The translations under genes and the position numbers were made by a program. A DNA stretch of 62,057 bases, the filler included, from Gonapodya sp. JEL0774 (lineage: Eukaryota): the NCBI GenBank assembly GCA_027604505.1. It is 14 parts of 14 records of this genome, joined end to end, with 100 filler letters (N's around TTAATTAATTAA, not from the genome) between each part and the next. Parts side by side here need not be neighbours in the genome. Positions count along the whole stretch, not along the records: positions 1 to 4,374 come from JADIIX010000968.1; positions 4,475 to 8,841 come from JADIIX010000969.1; positions 8,942 to 13,305 come from JADIIX010000970.1; 11 more parts are not named here. One strand, written 5' to 3'. Shown in pieces: positions 1 through 11,179 of the stretch. Positions within the stretch are counted from its first letter, which is position 1. Every line of letters begins with the position of its first letter. The notes beneath the pieces are model-generated. The model worked only from the letters and a program-made list of their open reading frames with translations, was not told the DNA's origin and searched no databases.

Positions 1-1868
1 TCGTAATATGATTACGAGAGTGCCACGTAGTGCTTCGTTTCAATTTGTTGAGGAGAATCAGCTCCGTGGAGCTCCGTTTTGGGGTGCGGTAAAGTTCCGC
101 ACTTGGTTTTCCCGCCAACCGAACCAGTTGACCTTTCGGCAAACATCGTTTGATCGCACCGTGAGTTGATATTCTCCCAAGTTTGCTGCCGCTCCGACTC
201 CTAAGCAGCTACATACTCGTTCGTGAAAATGAAAATCGTTTGGGGATAGGAGCTCGCAAGGATTGCGGGCTGATCATGATTGTTTAGGAACTGCAGGCAT
301 GTCGCACAGTCTCTGTCCACCAACTCCATCTCCCCCGCTTCTGCTCTATTCCCATGCGCAATGTCAACGCCTATGAGTCTATTCCATCACTCTGTGGATG
401 TACTGAGATCAGTCCGCGACCAACTGTGGCGAATCATACCGACAGAGCACGATCAAAAGGATTGGGCCAATCGATTTGGTCGTATTCCCATGAATGGAAC
501 GATATCGAGCGCAGCGCAACTTGACACCACGAATGCAGTAAAGCTGGAGACGACTGATATGTTTGCGAGCACGGACGAAGCATCGAGGTGTTCTCCCAGG
601 TCTGACAATTGGAAGTCTCAAGGAGGGAGCGGCGCGGCGTCTAAGTTCGTGCGCAATGCAGAAAACGAGGTATCCTCGCGTCTGGAGGTGACTGCAAACG
701 AAGCGCCATAGCAACGGTTCTTCCAGGTTCATCACATGACGGCTACATCTCAAAAGGCACCGCACTCTCTCCAGTTCCAGACTCGTCCCTGGGGTGTTGA
801 AAGAAACAGAAATAGCATCGTCTAGACGCACAACGAAAATTCCACTGACGATAGCCACATTCTCGATATCCATGTGTGCCGAGTAATGAACAACGCACCT
901 GCCGAGAGCGGACCAAGAATGGCCGCGAAAGCATCACCGATGAACATACCAGCGCACCAGCGCCGTAAAGATGCAATGACGACTCGGAGATGAACAAGGA
1001 GTGCCGTTATTGTACTCGCAAGAGACCATCGTCTGTCGATCAACAGCACGTTTCATCCGCTCTTAAACGAGTCCTCCAACGCGCAGGATATGAGGTGCAA
1101 TTGAGTTGCAAGAGACGCCAGCAATACGTTACCGGTCAATGAATTTGTCGGTGTCCGACGTGGAGTTTGCGTGGTGGATTGAGTCTAATCAATGTTTGCG
1201 AGCGCACAAAGGCACGCCTCCGTTCACAATCGCAGAGGACGCGCCTCGACGGTTAGCTTCGTTCAGAGTGCGAGTGCGACCAGACTGAGTGGGGCGAAGT
1301 GGACATGACAGGCGGAAGGACTTCGCACAACAAGACACCTGGGTCAGATGAATGTGTGCATTCAGATTTATTTCTCTGGGCAACTTCGATCTGCACCTCT
1401 ACGTTCGTCATATCGAACGCGCTCGCGAATACGAATGTGGGCACACACGTCTCGGCCCTCGACTGGGTAAGACACGTTGAATCGCGAAAGTGTCCGCGAT
1501 CAGAGTGGAGCAGTTTCGACAAGGCAATCCCGACGAGGCTCGCACTGCGAGGTGATTCTGTCAAGCGAAACGTCTTCAATGTGGCACCATCAAAACAACT
1601 TCATGAACTGGATACTTCGCCTGCCATCAATACGGATGAGCAAGGAATATTGCTCACGTCATTATCGCACGGATAGGTATGTTTGCAGTTTGACCGATAC
1701 AACACCCAGAAGTGGTAGCGCACAGAAAACAAAAGTTGATATTGAAAACGTTCCCCTCAATAACAAGACAAAGAAGCCACATGACAAGCTGGACTCAGTC
1801 TACCATATTGACTTTACTTGAATTCCTTCACTTCATGTTCTCCACGGATGGCGGTTAAAGGAGGTACA

Positions 1869-2792
1869 CTAGTCGAAGAACGTATCCCTTTCCCCGACAA
1901 AACTATTTCCCACCTGGACTCTCGCATCGCCACTGATAATCTGTTCTCCAATATTTATGCTACCGCCACTAATTTGCGGTAGAACCTGGCCCCTCCATGC
2001 ATCGGTAACGGTATCGCCATCCCTCAACCTCGCGCGATCCTTCACCTCTTGCTTTTTTATATTGATTCCCCTGTTCACCACCGAGCTAGCCAACTCTTTG
2101 CTCAGAGGCTTGTCCACCTTCTCAGCAAGCTCCTGCACGAGTCTCAACACCTGGGCCACTTGCGGATCCTCAGATTGAGCTCCTGGTACCGCTGCGGTGG
2201 CGGCGGCAACCACCTCTTTGACATCTGCGGCGTTGATTTTCGCGGCTTCTTGGAGCTGTTGCGGTGCCGGAAAGGACTTCTCGAGTTCGTCCAGCAGGCC
2301 AGTCAGGCCATTGACCAGATCGTCTAGGCAAGCCTTGTCGCGGAGCGCCCAGCTAGCCAGTTGGCCCAGTCCAGCGCTCTTCTGACGCCGCTTCACAATG
2401 TTGCGGAGGGTAAGGTTGACCGCAGCAAGCCGGGGCGTGGTGGTGTCTTTTGTTGATACCGGAGACATATCTTCACCTTTGAGCTCGTAGCCGCGCGCCA
2501 CCTTTTCCGACGCAGCCAGCAGCTCAAAGATTTGGTCAAGGGCCCTTTTTACAAGAGCCTGTTCCTGTGGATTCGGTGGAGCGGTGGTATTGCCGAACGT
2601 GGGCCCGTCTTTTTCGTATATGCGAACCCCGTCTCCCCAACGCGACAGGCGATTCGCGACCAGGGCGAGCGTCACAAGATGTGTCTCGAAGTCTCTGCCA
2701 AATTGGCGCGCGATTTGAATCTTGTTGAGGACCTCGACACAGGTGCTGAAGATCCCCGCGATGCTCGAGGCGATTCCGATTGGGTCAGCCAT
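1869..2792 (-). CDS. HET-S-like protein: HeLo (prion-inhibition/pore-forming) domain plus C-terminal HET-s-related amyloid motif, 307 aa, intronless
   Basis: N-terminus MADPIGIASSIAGIFSTCVEVLNKIQIARQFGRDFE...ANRLSRWG matches the HET-S HeLo N-terminus (GVAGLFNNCV...QLGRHFGRDYE...ARLSRWG). WALRDKACLDDLVNGL matches the HeLo WA.D motif. C-terminus has two pseudo-repeats INIKKQEVKDRARLRDGDTV and INIGEQIISGDARVQVGNSF and an aromatic end TFFD. ATG at 2792. Confidence 0.9.
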   Translation of the reverse strand: MADPIGIASSIAGIFSTCVEVLNKIQIARQFGRDFETHLVTLALVANRLSRWGDGVRIYEKDGPTFGNTTAPPNPQEQALVKRALDQIFELLAASEKVARGYELKGEDMSPVSTKDTTTPRLAAVNLTLRNIVKRRQKSAGLGQLASWALRDKACLDDLVNGLTGLLDELEKSFPAPQQLQEAAKINAADVKEVVAAATAAVPGAQSEDPQVAQVLRLVQELAEKVDKPLSKELASSVVNRGINIKKQEVKDRARLRDGDTVTDAWRGQVLPQISGGSINIGEQIISGDARVQVGNSFVGERDTFFD

Positions 2793-3445
2793 AATGTGGC
2801 TGGTGAAACGAGCTCGCTGTGATGTCCGGAGGGAGAATCGAGCCTTTGTTAGGCCCAATTAAATATAATAAGTCAACTTGGCTGGGAGGCCAACCCCGTC
2901 TCCCAGACCTTTTTTTTTTTTGTCATAATATGTTAATATATCCACTAATTTGCGATCAGTGTTCCATAAACGAGGCGCGCAATGGATACTGCAATAGAGC
3001 AACCATGAAAGAGCTACCTTGATGTTGATGGCTGATATAGTTCATTGAAGCCAGCATTGCCGACCGTCACACACATAATTTGCAAACTGCACCACATACA
3101 TAGAGTGGACATAATCTAGGTTTGTGGTATATTAATTCACTGATTCAATGACTCATTCAACCAAGCGCGATGCATCAACAAGCATTTCTTCGGGACGAGC
3201 ACCTCCCGCCTGAAACCGCCCAAACAGTTAGCGCACACTGAACAACCCCGAACCTCCTTGAATTCTCTCATCCTTTGTTGTATCTTTATGGACAGTATAG
3301 AAGCAATCTTCAAGAGTCTCGGTATCTGATTGCAGACACCGTATCCATGCTTTGAATGTGTGCAGATGGGAACATAACGGATTCTTGTCTAAGCGAAGCA
3401 AACTAAACTCCACATCCAGCGTTATTATTAAGCAATAGATTCTCA

Positions 3446-3784
3446 ATGTATCTGCTGTTTCTCGACCCCTCTCGCTTGCTGGATCAAGAGATTCGCGCAG
3501 AATAGGACAACGTCCTCGTACACCGTGGGGGAAGACCATTTCAAGTCGCTGATTGCTGATTGATCTCGGAATGGCTGGATACAAATGACTTCGAATGTCC
3601 TTGAATTCTTGACTATTCTATACCTCATAAATCTCCTTCGGACCTCGGCTCGTTCGATCACAACCCTCCGATCGAATTCAAAATTCCTGTCTCGCTGCAA
3701 ATTTATTCCGTTAACAGCTTCTCAAACCGGGATTGCAAGGTTGGCCAGACTTGGGCTCTGGCTGGATTCGCAAAGCTCAAATAG
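3446..3784 (+). pseudogene. Possible degraded reading frame of unknown family
   Basis: One frame reads MYLLFLDPSRLLDQEIRAE*DNVLVHRGGRPFQVADC*LISEWLDTNDFECP*ILDYSIPHK...FAKLK*. The stops are TAG/TGA, reachable by C-to-T from CAG/CGA. No family recognised. Confidence 0.25.
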
Positions 3785-4374
3785 CAAAAAATAAAATATT
3801 CCACGTTGTGAATGTGTCCCATTGCGTAGTGTCCTCCGTGCTCATATTCGTGCTGGTCCCGCCAAGACCCACTTGTTCGATCTATTTGGACCTGTGGAGA
3901 AGCCCATGTCTCTTGCGTGAATTCACCCTTGTTTTCCTCTGTCTCTCCCTTTCCACTCCTCACTATCCCGCCTGCCATCTCTTCCCCCTCCCGACACCAA
4001 CTACCGTGAGCCCCTCCCCGACCCCACCCAGGTTGAGCCTGAGCCAAACACAACCTCAAATCCGCCGTAGTCCTCTTTGTGCACAACTACCTGCTCGGAC
4101 TTTCCGAGAACGCGACTACTCCGCTTGTGAAGTGTGAGACGTACCGGCTGAGGCATTCTACATAGCGGTGTTGGGTGGTTAGACAAGAGGAGAAGTGGAG
4201 GTGGCGGCGGTCTCACTCAGTCGCTCACCACGTGCCTCCCATTTCATCCCCACCCCTACACCACGACCATGACCGTCGGACTATTTTTTTTTTCGGTGGT
4301 GTCGGGGGTAGAAGAAGAATTTCTCGAGGTGGGTGATGATGTGTGACACGACACCCAGGGTGTTGGAGCAGGCC

Positions 4375-4474
4375 NNNNNNNNNNNNNNNNNNNNNNNNNN
4401 NNNNNNNNNNNNNNNNNNTTAATTAATTAANNNNNNNNNNNNNNNNNNNNNNNNNNNNNNNNNNNNNNNNNNNN
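4375..4474. other. Artificial contig linker (44 N + TTAATTAATTAA six-frame stop + 44 N), first of 13
   Basis: Identical 100-bp linkers also at 8842-8941, 13306-13405, 17760-17859, 22212-22311, 26652-26751, 31091-31190, 35528-35627, 39957-40056, 44381-44480, 48803-48902, 53223-53322 and 57641-57740. Intervening contigs shrink monotonically from 4374 to 4317 bp. Confidence 0.99.
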
Positions 4475-6680
4475 ACCTCCTTCGGCGCCTTGTTCCTCAC
4501 ACGCCTGGCCTTTGGAATACCTTTACCCTTCTCCACGACTGCACCATTCTGGTTCTTTCGGGCACTTGAGGTCGCAAGCGCTACCAGAGCCAGCCCGGCC
4601 TTCGTCGCGGCTTGCCGTCTCGGTCGACTACACCCCGTTGTCTCGTTCAGTGTCTGGCAAACAGCCGTGCTGGAGGAGGCGGAGCCATCGTCATCGGAGG
4701 CGGACTCACAATCGGTATCTGGCTGAGTGTTTGGAATTAAGGTTGGCTCTGGAACAGGAGAAGGTGTGAGCTGACGTGGTTGGCCGAGGACTTCTGGCTG
4801 CTTTTCGAAGATAAATGGCGTACTAGGTGGTGATACGACGGGTATAGATGGGTAAATGGAGTGTTCGATCACATTGAAGGTGTCCTCGCGACGCTTGACT
4901 GATTCCAAAAGCGCCTGTAGATTGGCGATCTCGGCATCCCGAAGAGCTGCCATGCTTTCCACCTCCGAAAGGAGCTGCATGTATTGGCGATCGCGCTCCG
5001 TGACCTGGTTTTGCAGATGAGCGGATGTGGTTGCAGCGTGCTGAAGCTGAGATTGTAGTTGTGCCATCTGATGCTGCAGTTGTTTGGTGTTGTCCTCGAT
5101 ACGAGACTTTGCTTTGAGATCGATGGTCAGCCGTTGATTTTCACGAAAGACTTCTTCGACCTGATCGAGGGTTGGACACTTAAAGAGGGAGGAGAGCAGT
5201 ATGTCAGTGATGATATGTTTGGGTGTTCGCACGGAAGAGCTTTGATACACACGCTGTCAAGGGTGTGCTGGAGGTCCAGTATCTGGTGATCTTTGGAGGC
5301 AATATCTTGACGTAGGTGAGCAATGATATCGTCTTTGGAACGAGAAATCTGCAGGGATGAATAGTGTGGAGAATTGAGTTGTAGTTTTGATAAGAAGTGC
5401 ACAGCATAATTGAAGATTCTGAGTCAACTCACCCTGGAAATCTCCTCTGAGAGAGAATCGCATTGGGCAGTTTTTTGCCCAAGCTGACCGTGTAAAGACT
5501 TGATCAAGTTGTCCTGGCTAAGAACGCGATCCTCGTCATGAGACTGTACTTGGAGTTCACTGGTCAGTTCAGTTATTCGAGAGATGAGTTGGTCGACCAG
5601 GTTTTCATTTGGAGACTGAAAGGGAGAGGAGAGATCCAGGTCAGGGATGATATGTGTGGGTGTGGCATGGAAGACTTTGATACCCACCAGACGAATGGTC
5701 TCCTTGAGAGTGCGTATCTCGTTTTTTTGGTTGGCAAGTTCTTGACGCAGGCCAGCAATGGTTTTGTCTCTGGTGTCACAAATCTACAGGGATGAGCGGT
5801 TGGGATAAATTGAAGTATAGATCAGACAAGAGATTCTGAGCATTCGAGGAGATACAGAGTCGACTCACGTGAGTAAGCTGCTTCTCAAGTTCCTGGATTG
5901 TGCGATCTCTGCGCCCTACCCTTTCCTCGAGTTCTTTGACTTGACGAGCAAGTTCGGATGATGAGGTGTCCTGACTGGAATTTGGAGAGGACTCGAGAAA
6001 TTTGTGGGTCATCTGAAAGGATAACAAGTGTATGAGAGATGAGAAGTACTGGGTACAATACGAGGGAGAATAGAGAACATACCCTGAGTTTCTCGTCCAA
6101 ACGCTTCCGCATGTCATGGTGGGCTTTGGCTTCTCTCCAAACGTAGTCCACAGCGGCCACCTTCGACATACGGGAGTAGGGTAGTTTTCGATCAAGGACA
6201 GATGGCAACTCGTCAACGTTAATGCTGTACAGGCCCCAGTACAAGTAGATGTCTTGATTGTTTGATCCGAGGTTGAATTGAAAACCGTCTGAGTCTTTCA
6301 CAGAGAGAGTAAGCCCGTCGAGGACTGGGACAGGCAGCTCGGACCGTCGAAAGCGAAGACAGAATGACTGGAAAGCTTTCTGCTTCGGGGAACAACGGCT
6401 CATTGAGGTTTTCAGGAACGAGGCAATAACCGGAATAGTCATGGAGTCGCAGTAGAGGCGAAGAGTATCGTCGGTGACCCTGAGCAGAGACAGGCGATGC
6501 AAATGGGTGAGTGAGTGTAAGGATAATAATGCATACGGATGCGTCATGTGGAAGGTACTCACATAAGGTTCAAGTTCTTGGAGCTGTGTGATGACGACAT
6601 TACTTTGAATCTGAGTTGAGGGTGAGTGTGAGGAGAGCGATATAAAAGGGCAGGAACATGTGGAAGGTACTCACATAGCT
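4475..6680 (-). CDS. Multi-exon hypothetical coiled-coil protein, 3' end truncated by contig end
   Basis: Series of minus-strand ORF pieces with heptad character (ELARQVKELEERVGRRDRTIQELEKQL; QLQHQMAQLQSQLQ) separated by GT..AG introns. Start not determinable. Confidence 0.55.
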
Positions 6681-7045
6681 GGGTGATATGTAAGAGAGAT
6701 GAGAGATGATGAGACGGAATGGCGATGGATGGGTGAGGTAGAAGAGTGCTGCTTATAAGGGTATGAGAGATGGGGCACAGACCCGGCTGACAACGGGCTG
6801 GCCAAAAAAAAAAAAAAAAAGAAAAAAAGAAAAAAAATGTTCAGGTAGTAATGCCAAGGGAGCAAAAGAATGGGGAGTGGAGCTACAGTAAGGGAGGTCA
6901 GTGGGTTAAGATGGGGTGGCGGAGAAGAATGCACAGTGAGCTGAATATGGTTTGGCGTGGGGCGTTGAAAGGAACAGAGATGTTGACTCAAACAAATTTT
7001 TTTTATGTAGGAGTAGAGGAAGTAACGAGAGAAGAAGATAACATC

Positions 7046-8101
7046 ATGGAAGAAACACAGCAAGCAAGTGACGAGAAAGTAGTTGGAGTTTGGAAGAGGA
7101 AATGTGAGCATGGAAAGAGACTGTCACGATGCAACCAGTGTCCAGGAGGGGGGCAAGAGCTGTGTGAGCATGGGAGGCAAAGGCATACATGCCGTGTGAG
7201 CCCATGTGGAGGGAAGAGTACCATGTATTGCGAACATGGTAAGCACAAGACGAGGTGCATAGAGAAAGAGTGTGGAGGAGGAGGGTCATTGTGTGAACAC
7301 GGGAAGAGACGGACACGGTGTCTAGAGTGTCAAGGTGGGGGCACAGAGATGTGTCAACATGGGTATCAGAAGGTAGGATGTGGAGACTGTATGCCCCGAT
7401 GTGCCAATACTGGTTGTCCCATGTCAGGGTGGAAGGTGGATATGGGGAGTGGTAAGAAGTATTGTGGAGATTGTCACCCAAACTCACGTAGAGGTGGGCT
7501 GTACAATGATAGACGACCAGAAGTGAAGGTGAGCAAGTATCTAGAAGAACGATACGGAGGACCTGACTATGTGGTATACACAGGGATCACAAGGGCACCC
7601 TGGAAGACCTGTGGAAACAGCAAACGGCCAGATATTGTAATTGTATATAAGGGTCAATATGGAATCATAATAGAGGTGGATGAAGGTGGACACTGTGACT
7701 TTGTGCAGTACCCACCAAGCTGTACATGGAGTAAATTGCTCAACCATGTAAGTTCATTCCATGCCACTGAAGGGATAGAACAAGTCAGTGTAGTGAGGAT
7801 ATACGTGAGTAACCTGAGTACAGGTACAGTACAGTTTGGAGAACAAACGGGGATGTTGGGAGCAGTGTGTGATAGGTTTATAGAAGAAATGAGTGAGAGT
7901 ACAGAGAAAAAGGAAGTTAGAATGAAGTATATGTACTATCCTGAAAACTATATACTCAGAGAGATACATGTGGGAAGGGTTCCCTTGAGCGTAGAAGCAT
8001 GGGATGAACTAGAAGCAAATTGCTCTGCAGTGGAACAAGATATACCCTCAGAACTGATAGAAGGATGGCAGAAGGTGTTGACAGTTAACCCCATTGGGTA
8101 G
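7046..8101 (+). CDS. CxHG cysteine-repeat protein with C-terminal PD-(D/E)xK/Vsr-like endonuclease domain (giant-virus type), 351 aa, intronless
   Basis: Five repeats of C(E/Q)HG-x5-C-x2/4-C, the first four followed by a GG linker. Then a zinc-ribbon-like C-x4-C...YCGDC. Then E.KV..YL, RPDI, IIIEVDE..H...Y...C and VRI motifs typical of NCLDV restriction-like endonucleases. Likely ATG at 7046 within ORF 6851-8101. Confidence 0.75.
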   Translation: MEETQQASDEKVVGVWKRKCEHGKRLSRCNQCPGGGQELCEHGRQRHTCRVSPCGGKSTMYCEHGKHKTRCIEKECGGGGSLCEHGKRRTRCLECQGGGTEMCQHGYQKVGCGDCMPRCANTGCPMSGWKVDMGSGKKYCGDCHPNSRRGGLYNDRRPEVKVSKYLEERYGGPDYVVYTGITRAPWKTCGNSKRPDIVIVYKGQYGIIIEVDEGGHCDFVQYPPSCTWSKLLNHVSSFHATEGIEQVSVVRIYVSNLSTGTVQFGEQTGMLGAVCDRFIEEMSESTEKKEVRMKYMYYPENYILREIHVGRVPLSVEAWDELEANCSAVEQDIPSELIEGWQKVLTVNPIG

Positions 8102-8750
8102 TAATAGCACATGTGATGACTGGCGCAGCGATGAACTATAAGAAACATGCAGATGTAAGCATAGGCTTCCCGCACACAGCTCTGGCCAATGAGGGTCTGA
8201 CTTGAACAGAGCACCGTGCTGCTGGCTATGAGCGGCCATAACGCAGCATGCTAGCTCTGGGCACCATGGTATAGTCTTGCCACCTCTGGCCACCCTGACC
8301 ACCAGTAGCACTGAACTAAGTAGGCGTATACACCAGTGTAGCTCCCAATTGAACTTGCGCAGCCCTGACTGCCACTAGCATCCAGTCCACCATCCCCAGC
8401 CACTAGTAGTCCTGATAAGTCCTGACCCGGAGGCAGCAAAGATCATCAAACATGGGAGAAGGTGAGATAAAGGAGGAAGAGACAGCAACCCCTTTAACAG
8501 CAATGGAGAACATATGTGAAAGTGGCTAACCGACCCAGAGAGGGGGGCTCGAAGAGCCATCCCTCACTGGGCTAAGTGGGGGCAACCAGCATTAGTGTAC
8601 CAGGATTGTCCAGAACTAACAGTAGTATAAACACAGCAACGTGTACAAGAAATGACCATAGAGTGATGAAAGTGAAGGGGGGAACCTATACATAACATGG
8701 ACAAGTGAGAGGTAGGTATGCAAAAAGGTAAGGGTAGAAAGCGCAGCGTG

Positions 8751-8832
8751 TTAGGGGTGTGTTTCCAAAACCCTAACGCATTAGTGTTGTGTGAAAAACC
8801 CTAATGTGTTAGGGTTGTGTGGAAAACCCTAA
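8751..8832. repeat. Three tandem ~28-30 bp palindromic units TTAG(G/T)G...AACCCTAA
   Basis: ttaggggtgtgtttccaaaaccctaa-cgca-ttagtgttgtgtgaaaaaccctaa-tgtg-ttagggttgtgtggaaaaccctaa. The third unit has a perfect 8-bp stem TTAGGGTT/AACCCTAA. Confidence 0.8.
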
Positions 8833-8941
8833 CGAGTAGAGNNNNNNNNNNNNNNNNNNNNNNNNNNNNNNNNNNNNNNNNNNNNTTAATTAATTAANNN
8901 NNNNNNNNNNNNNNNNNNNNNNNNNNNNNNNNNNNNNNNNN

Positions 8942-10981
8942 TTCCTCCATCCCATCCGAACAGCACTCTCCCGACTCGCCTCAACAGACCCCTCCCTCCG
9001 AAACAACCCTCGCATTGACGTTGTGCTTTTGGGGGGTCTCGTGGGCTCCCTCTTCTCCATGCTCCAGTTTATCGTGTCTCCTTGGATTGGCTGGATGTCG
9101 GACAGGTTCGGACGGAAACAGGTCCTGTTCGTCACCATGGTGAGTAAAATGTGGAACAGAGGAGCTGGGTTTATATGAGGTCGAAGCTGTTGGTGTGTGT
9201 CGGGTTCCAACCTCTCAAGATCAACGAACCTGGTTCAGTTCAATGAGAGGCGAACGGTGAACATCAATATCAGTCTGACGCAGTCTGAGTCTCTAATACA
9301 AATTTTGAATGAGTGAGTAAACGGGATGAGACCGCTGCGGAAAGGGAATGGGGAGAGGCTGTTTGTTCTGCATTGGATCAGGATTGAATGCTGCACGACC
9401 TGTCTTGCCGTGAACCGGCGGCACTCTCTCACGTGTATTATAAACATTAGGCCGGCAACCTCGTCTCCACCCTCCTCTGGGTCTTCGCCCGTACATTTCC
9501 CGTCTTTATCCTCTCTCGCACTGTTGGCGGGTTGTTCGAGGGTAACGTGCAGCTTAGTCTGGCGATGATTGCAGATGTGACCACTGAGGAGGAACGGAGT
9601 AGAGGGATGGTGAGTGTGGATGGATTGTTCAGAAGGGTTTGAGGAAGTGTTAAAACCGCACCATGGTGGAGGATGGAAGGAAGGAATTCTGGGACGCGCC
9701 GCTCCGTGAAAGAACAAAGAAATAGAATTGCAGTGAAGTATTATGGTAAGACGGACGCTACGGGCTCTCCTACGAAGGAAGAAACAGTAAACCGGAATAC
9801 CGGGATATTAGGAGAAGCAGAAGAATGCGGAATCACCGAGAAAACTTAGTATGCGGTGACTGCACAAAGCAAAATCCAGTGATGCTAACTAACCGCATTC
9901 CTGACAAATAGGCCCTTGTTGGCCTCGCATTCAGCCTTGGCTTCACTCTCGGTCCCCCTCTGGGCGCCTACTTCGCCAACCTCCGGATCCCCCAGTGGCT
10001 CTCAGATCTCTCTCCCTGGCCCATCTATCCATACTCTGGCGCAGCCATGCTCGCGGCGGGCCTCATCATGATCGAGTGTGTGTACTTGCGAGGTGTGGAG
10101 GAAACAAAAGGTTGGAGGGAGAGGTTAAAACTGGTTGATGGGAAGAAGGCAGAAGCGAACGGAGTTGGAAACGGTCACGCTGTGAATGGGAACGGACTCT
10201 CCACGGTCAATGTCAAGAAACCCAAGATCCGTACGAAGGCTCAGAAGAAGAGGTTGTTGTACGTCATGTCGGCGTTGCACTGGACGTATTTGCTGATATT
10301 CTCCGGAATGGAGTTTACCGTGCCATTTTTGACCTTGTGAGTTTTGGTATTCATTCCTGGTGGCGCGAATCGCAGCGTCAGCTCTGACACGCCGTTTCGG
10401 TGTGTTTCACCTCTTCCACTCCGTCCGTCACCCCACTTCCAACCCTCTTTCCGTGCACCAGTGATCGCTTCTCCTACACTCACACCTCCCAAGGCCTTCT
10501 CTTCTCCTTCATCGGTCTGCTGTCGTCTCTTGTACAAGGCGGCTACGTGCGCCGGCACGCCCGTCGCGTCGGCGAGCGCACCGTCATCCTCCAGGGCCTC
10601 TGTGCATGCTGTATCGGCCTGGGCATCCTCGGAGCAACCAAGTCCGAAACGGGCCTGTACGCCGGATCGGCCTTCTTGGCCTTCGCGAGCGGCACCGTGG
10701 TCAACGTCATGAACAGCGTGGTGAGCCAGGCGTGCTCGGCGGGTCCGAGTAGCGGTGGGAGCTACACTGGTCCCGGGGCGTCCGAGGTCGCCGAGGCGGT
10801 AGAAGACGGGGGTGCGGTGTTGGGCAAGTTTCGGTCGGCGGGACAGTTGGGCAGGGCGCTGGGGCCCTTGTTGGCGTGTGGGTTGTATTGGTCGGTTGGT
10901 GGGGAGTTGGCGTATGGAGTGGCGGCCACGGCGATGGCGGGAGTGGGTGGGTTGGGCTGGGCTGTGTTGGAGGATGCGTAG
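8942..10981 (+). CDS. MFS transporter, MFSD10/TetA-like (5' truncated, spliced)
   Basis: Exons read VLLGGLVGSLFSMLQFIVSPWIGWMSDRFGRKQV (MFS motif A), SRTVGGLFEGNVQLSLAMIADVTTEEERSRGM, ALVGLAFSLGFTLGPPLG and LGKFRSAGQLGRALGPL, with GTGAGT..AG introns. Confidence 0.9.
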
Positions 10982-11179
10982 TTGTTGTGTTCTTGTGTCA
11001 GCGTTCGGGGACTTAGCACGGATTCGTGGTTGAACTGGCCTCGGGCGTGTGTACATTATGACTCGCATTTGCAGTTATGAGTCGTTCCCAGATATCAAAG
11101 CACGGACATACCAAATTCGTGGCACCGATTCCTGCTCAGAAGTTTATGATCACGATGCCCTCATCCCTCTCAGCTTCTG

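Noticed and set aside
1..1860. NLR (NACHT/NB-ARC) partner of the HET-S-like gene
   Set aside because: No P-loop, WD/ANK/TPR repeats or amyloid motif recognised in any frame. The short ORFs are unassignable.
8751..8841. True telomere
   Set aside because: No uninterrupted (TTAGGG)n tract; the motifs alternate in orientation with spacers.
10241..11068. Long antisense or alternative ORFs (also 31313-31999, 38903-39475, 39369-39956, 54835-55692, 21065-21676)
   Set aside because: Shadow frames of GC-rich real genes or transposons, with no recognisable motifs.
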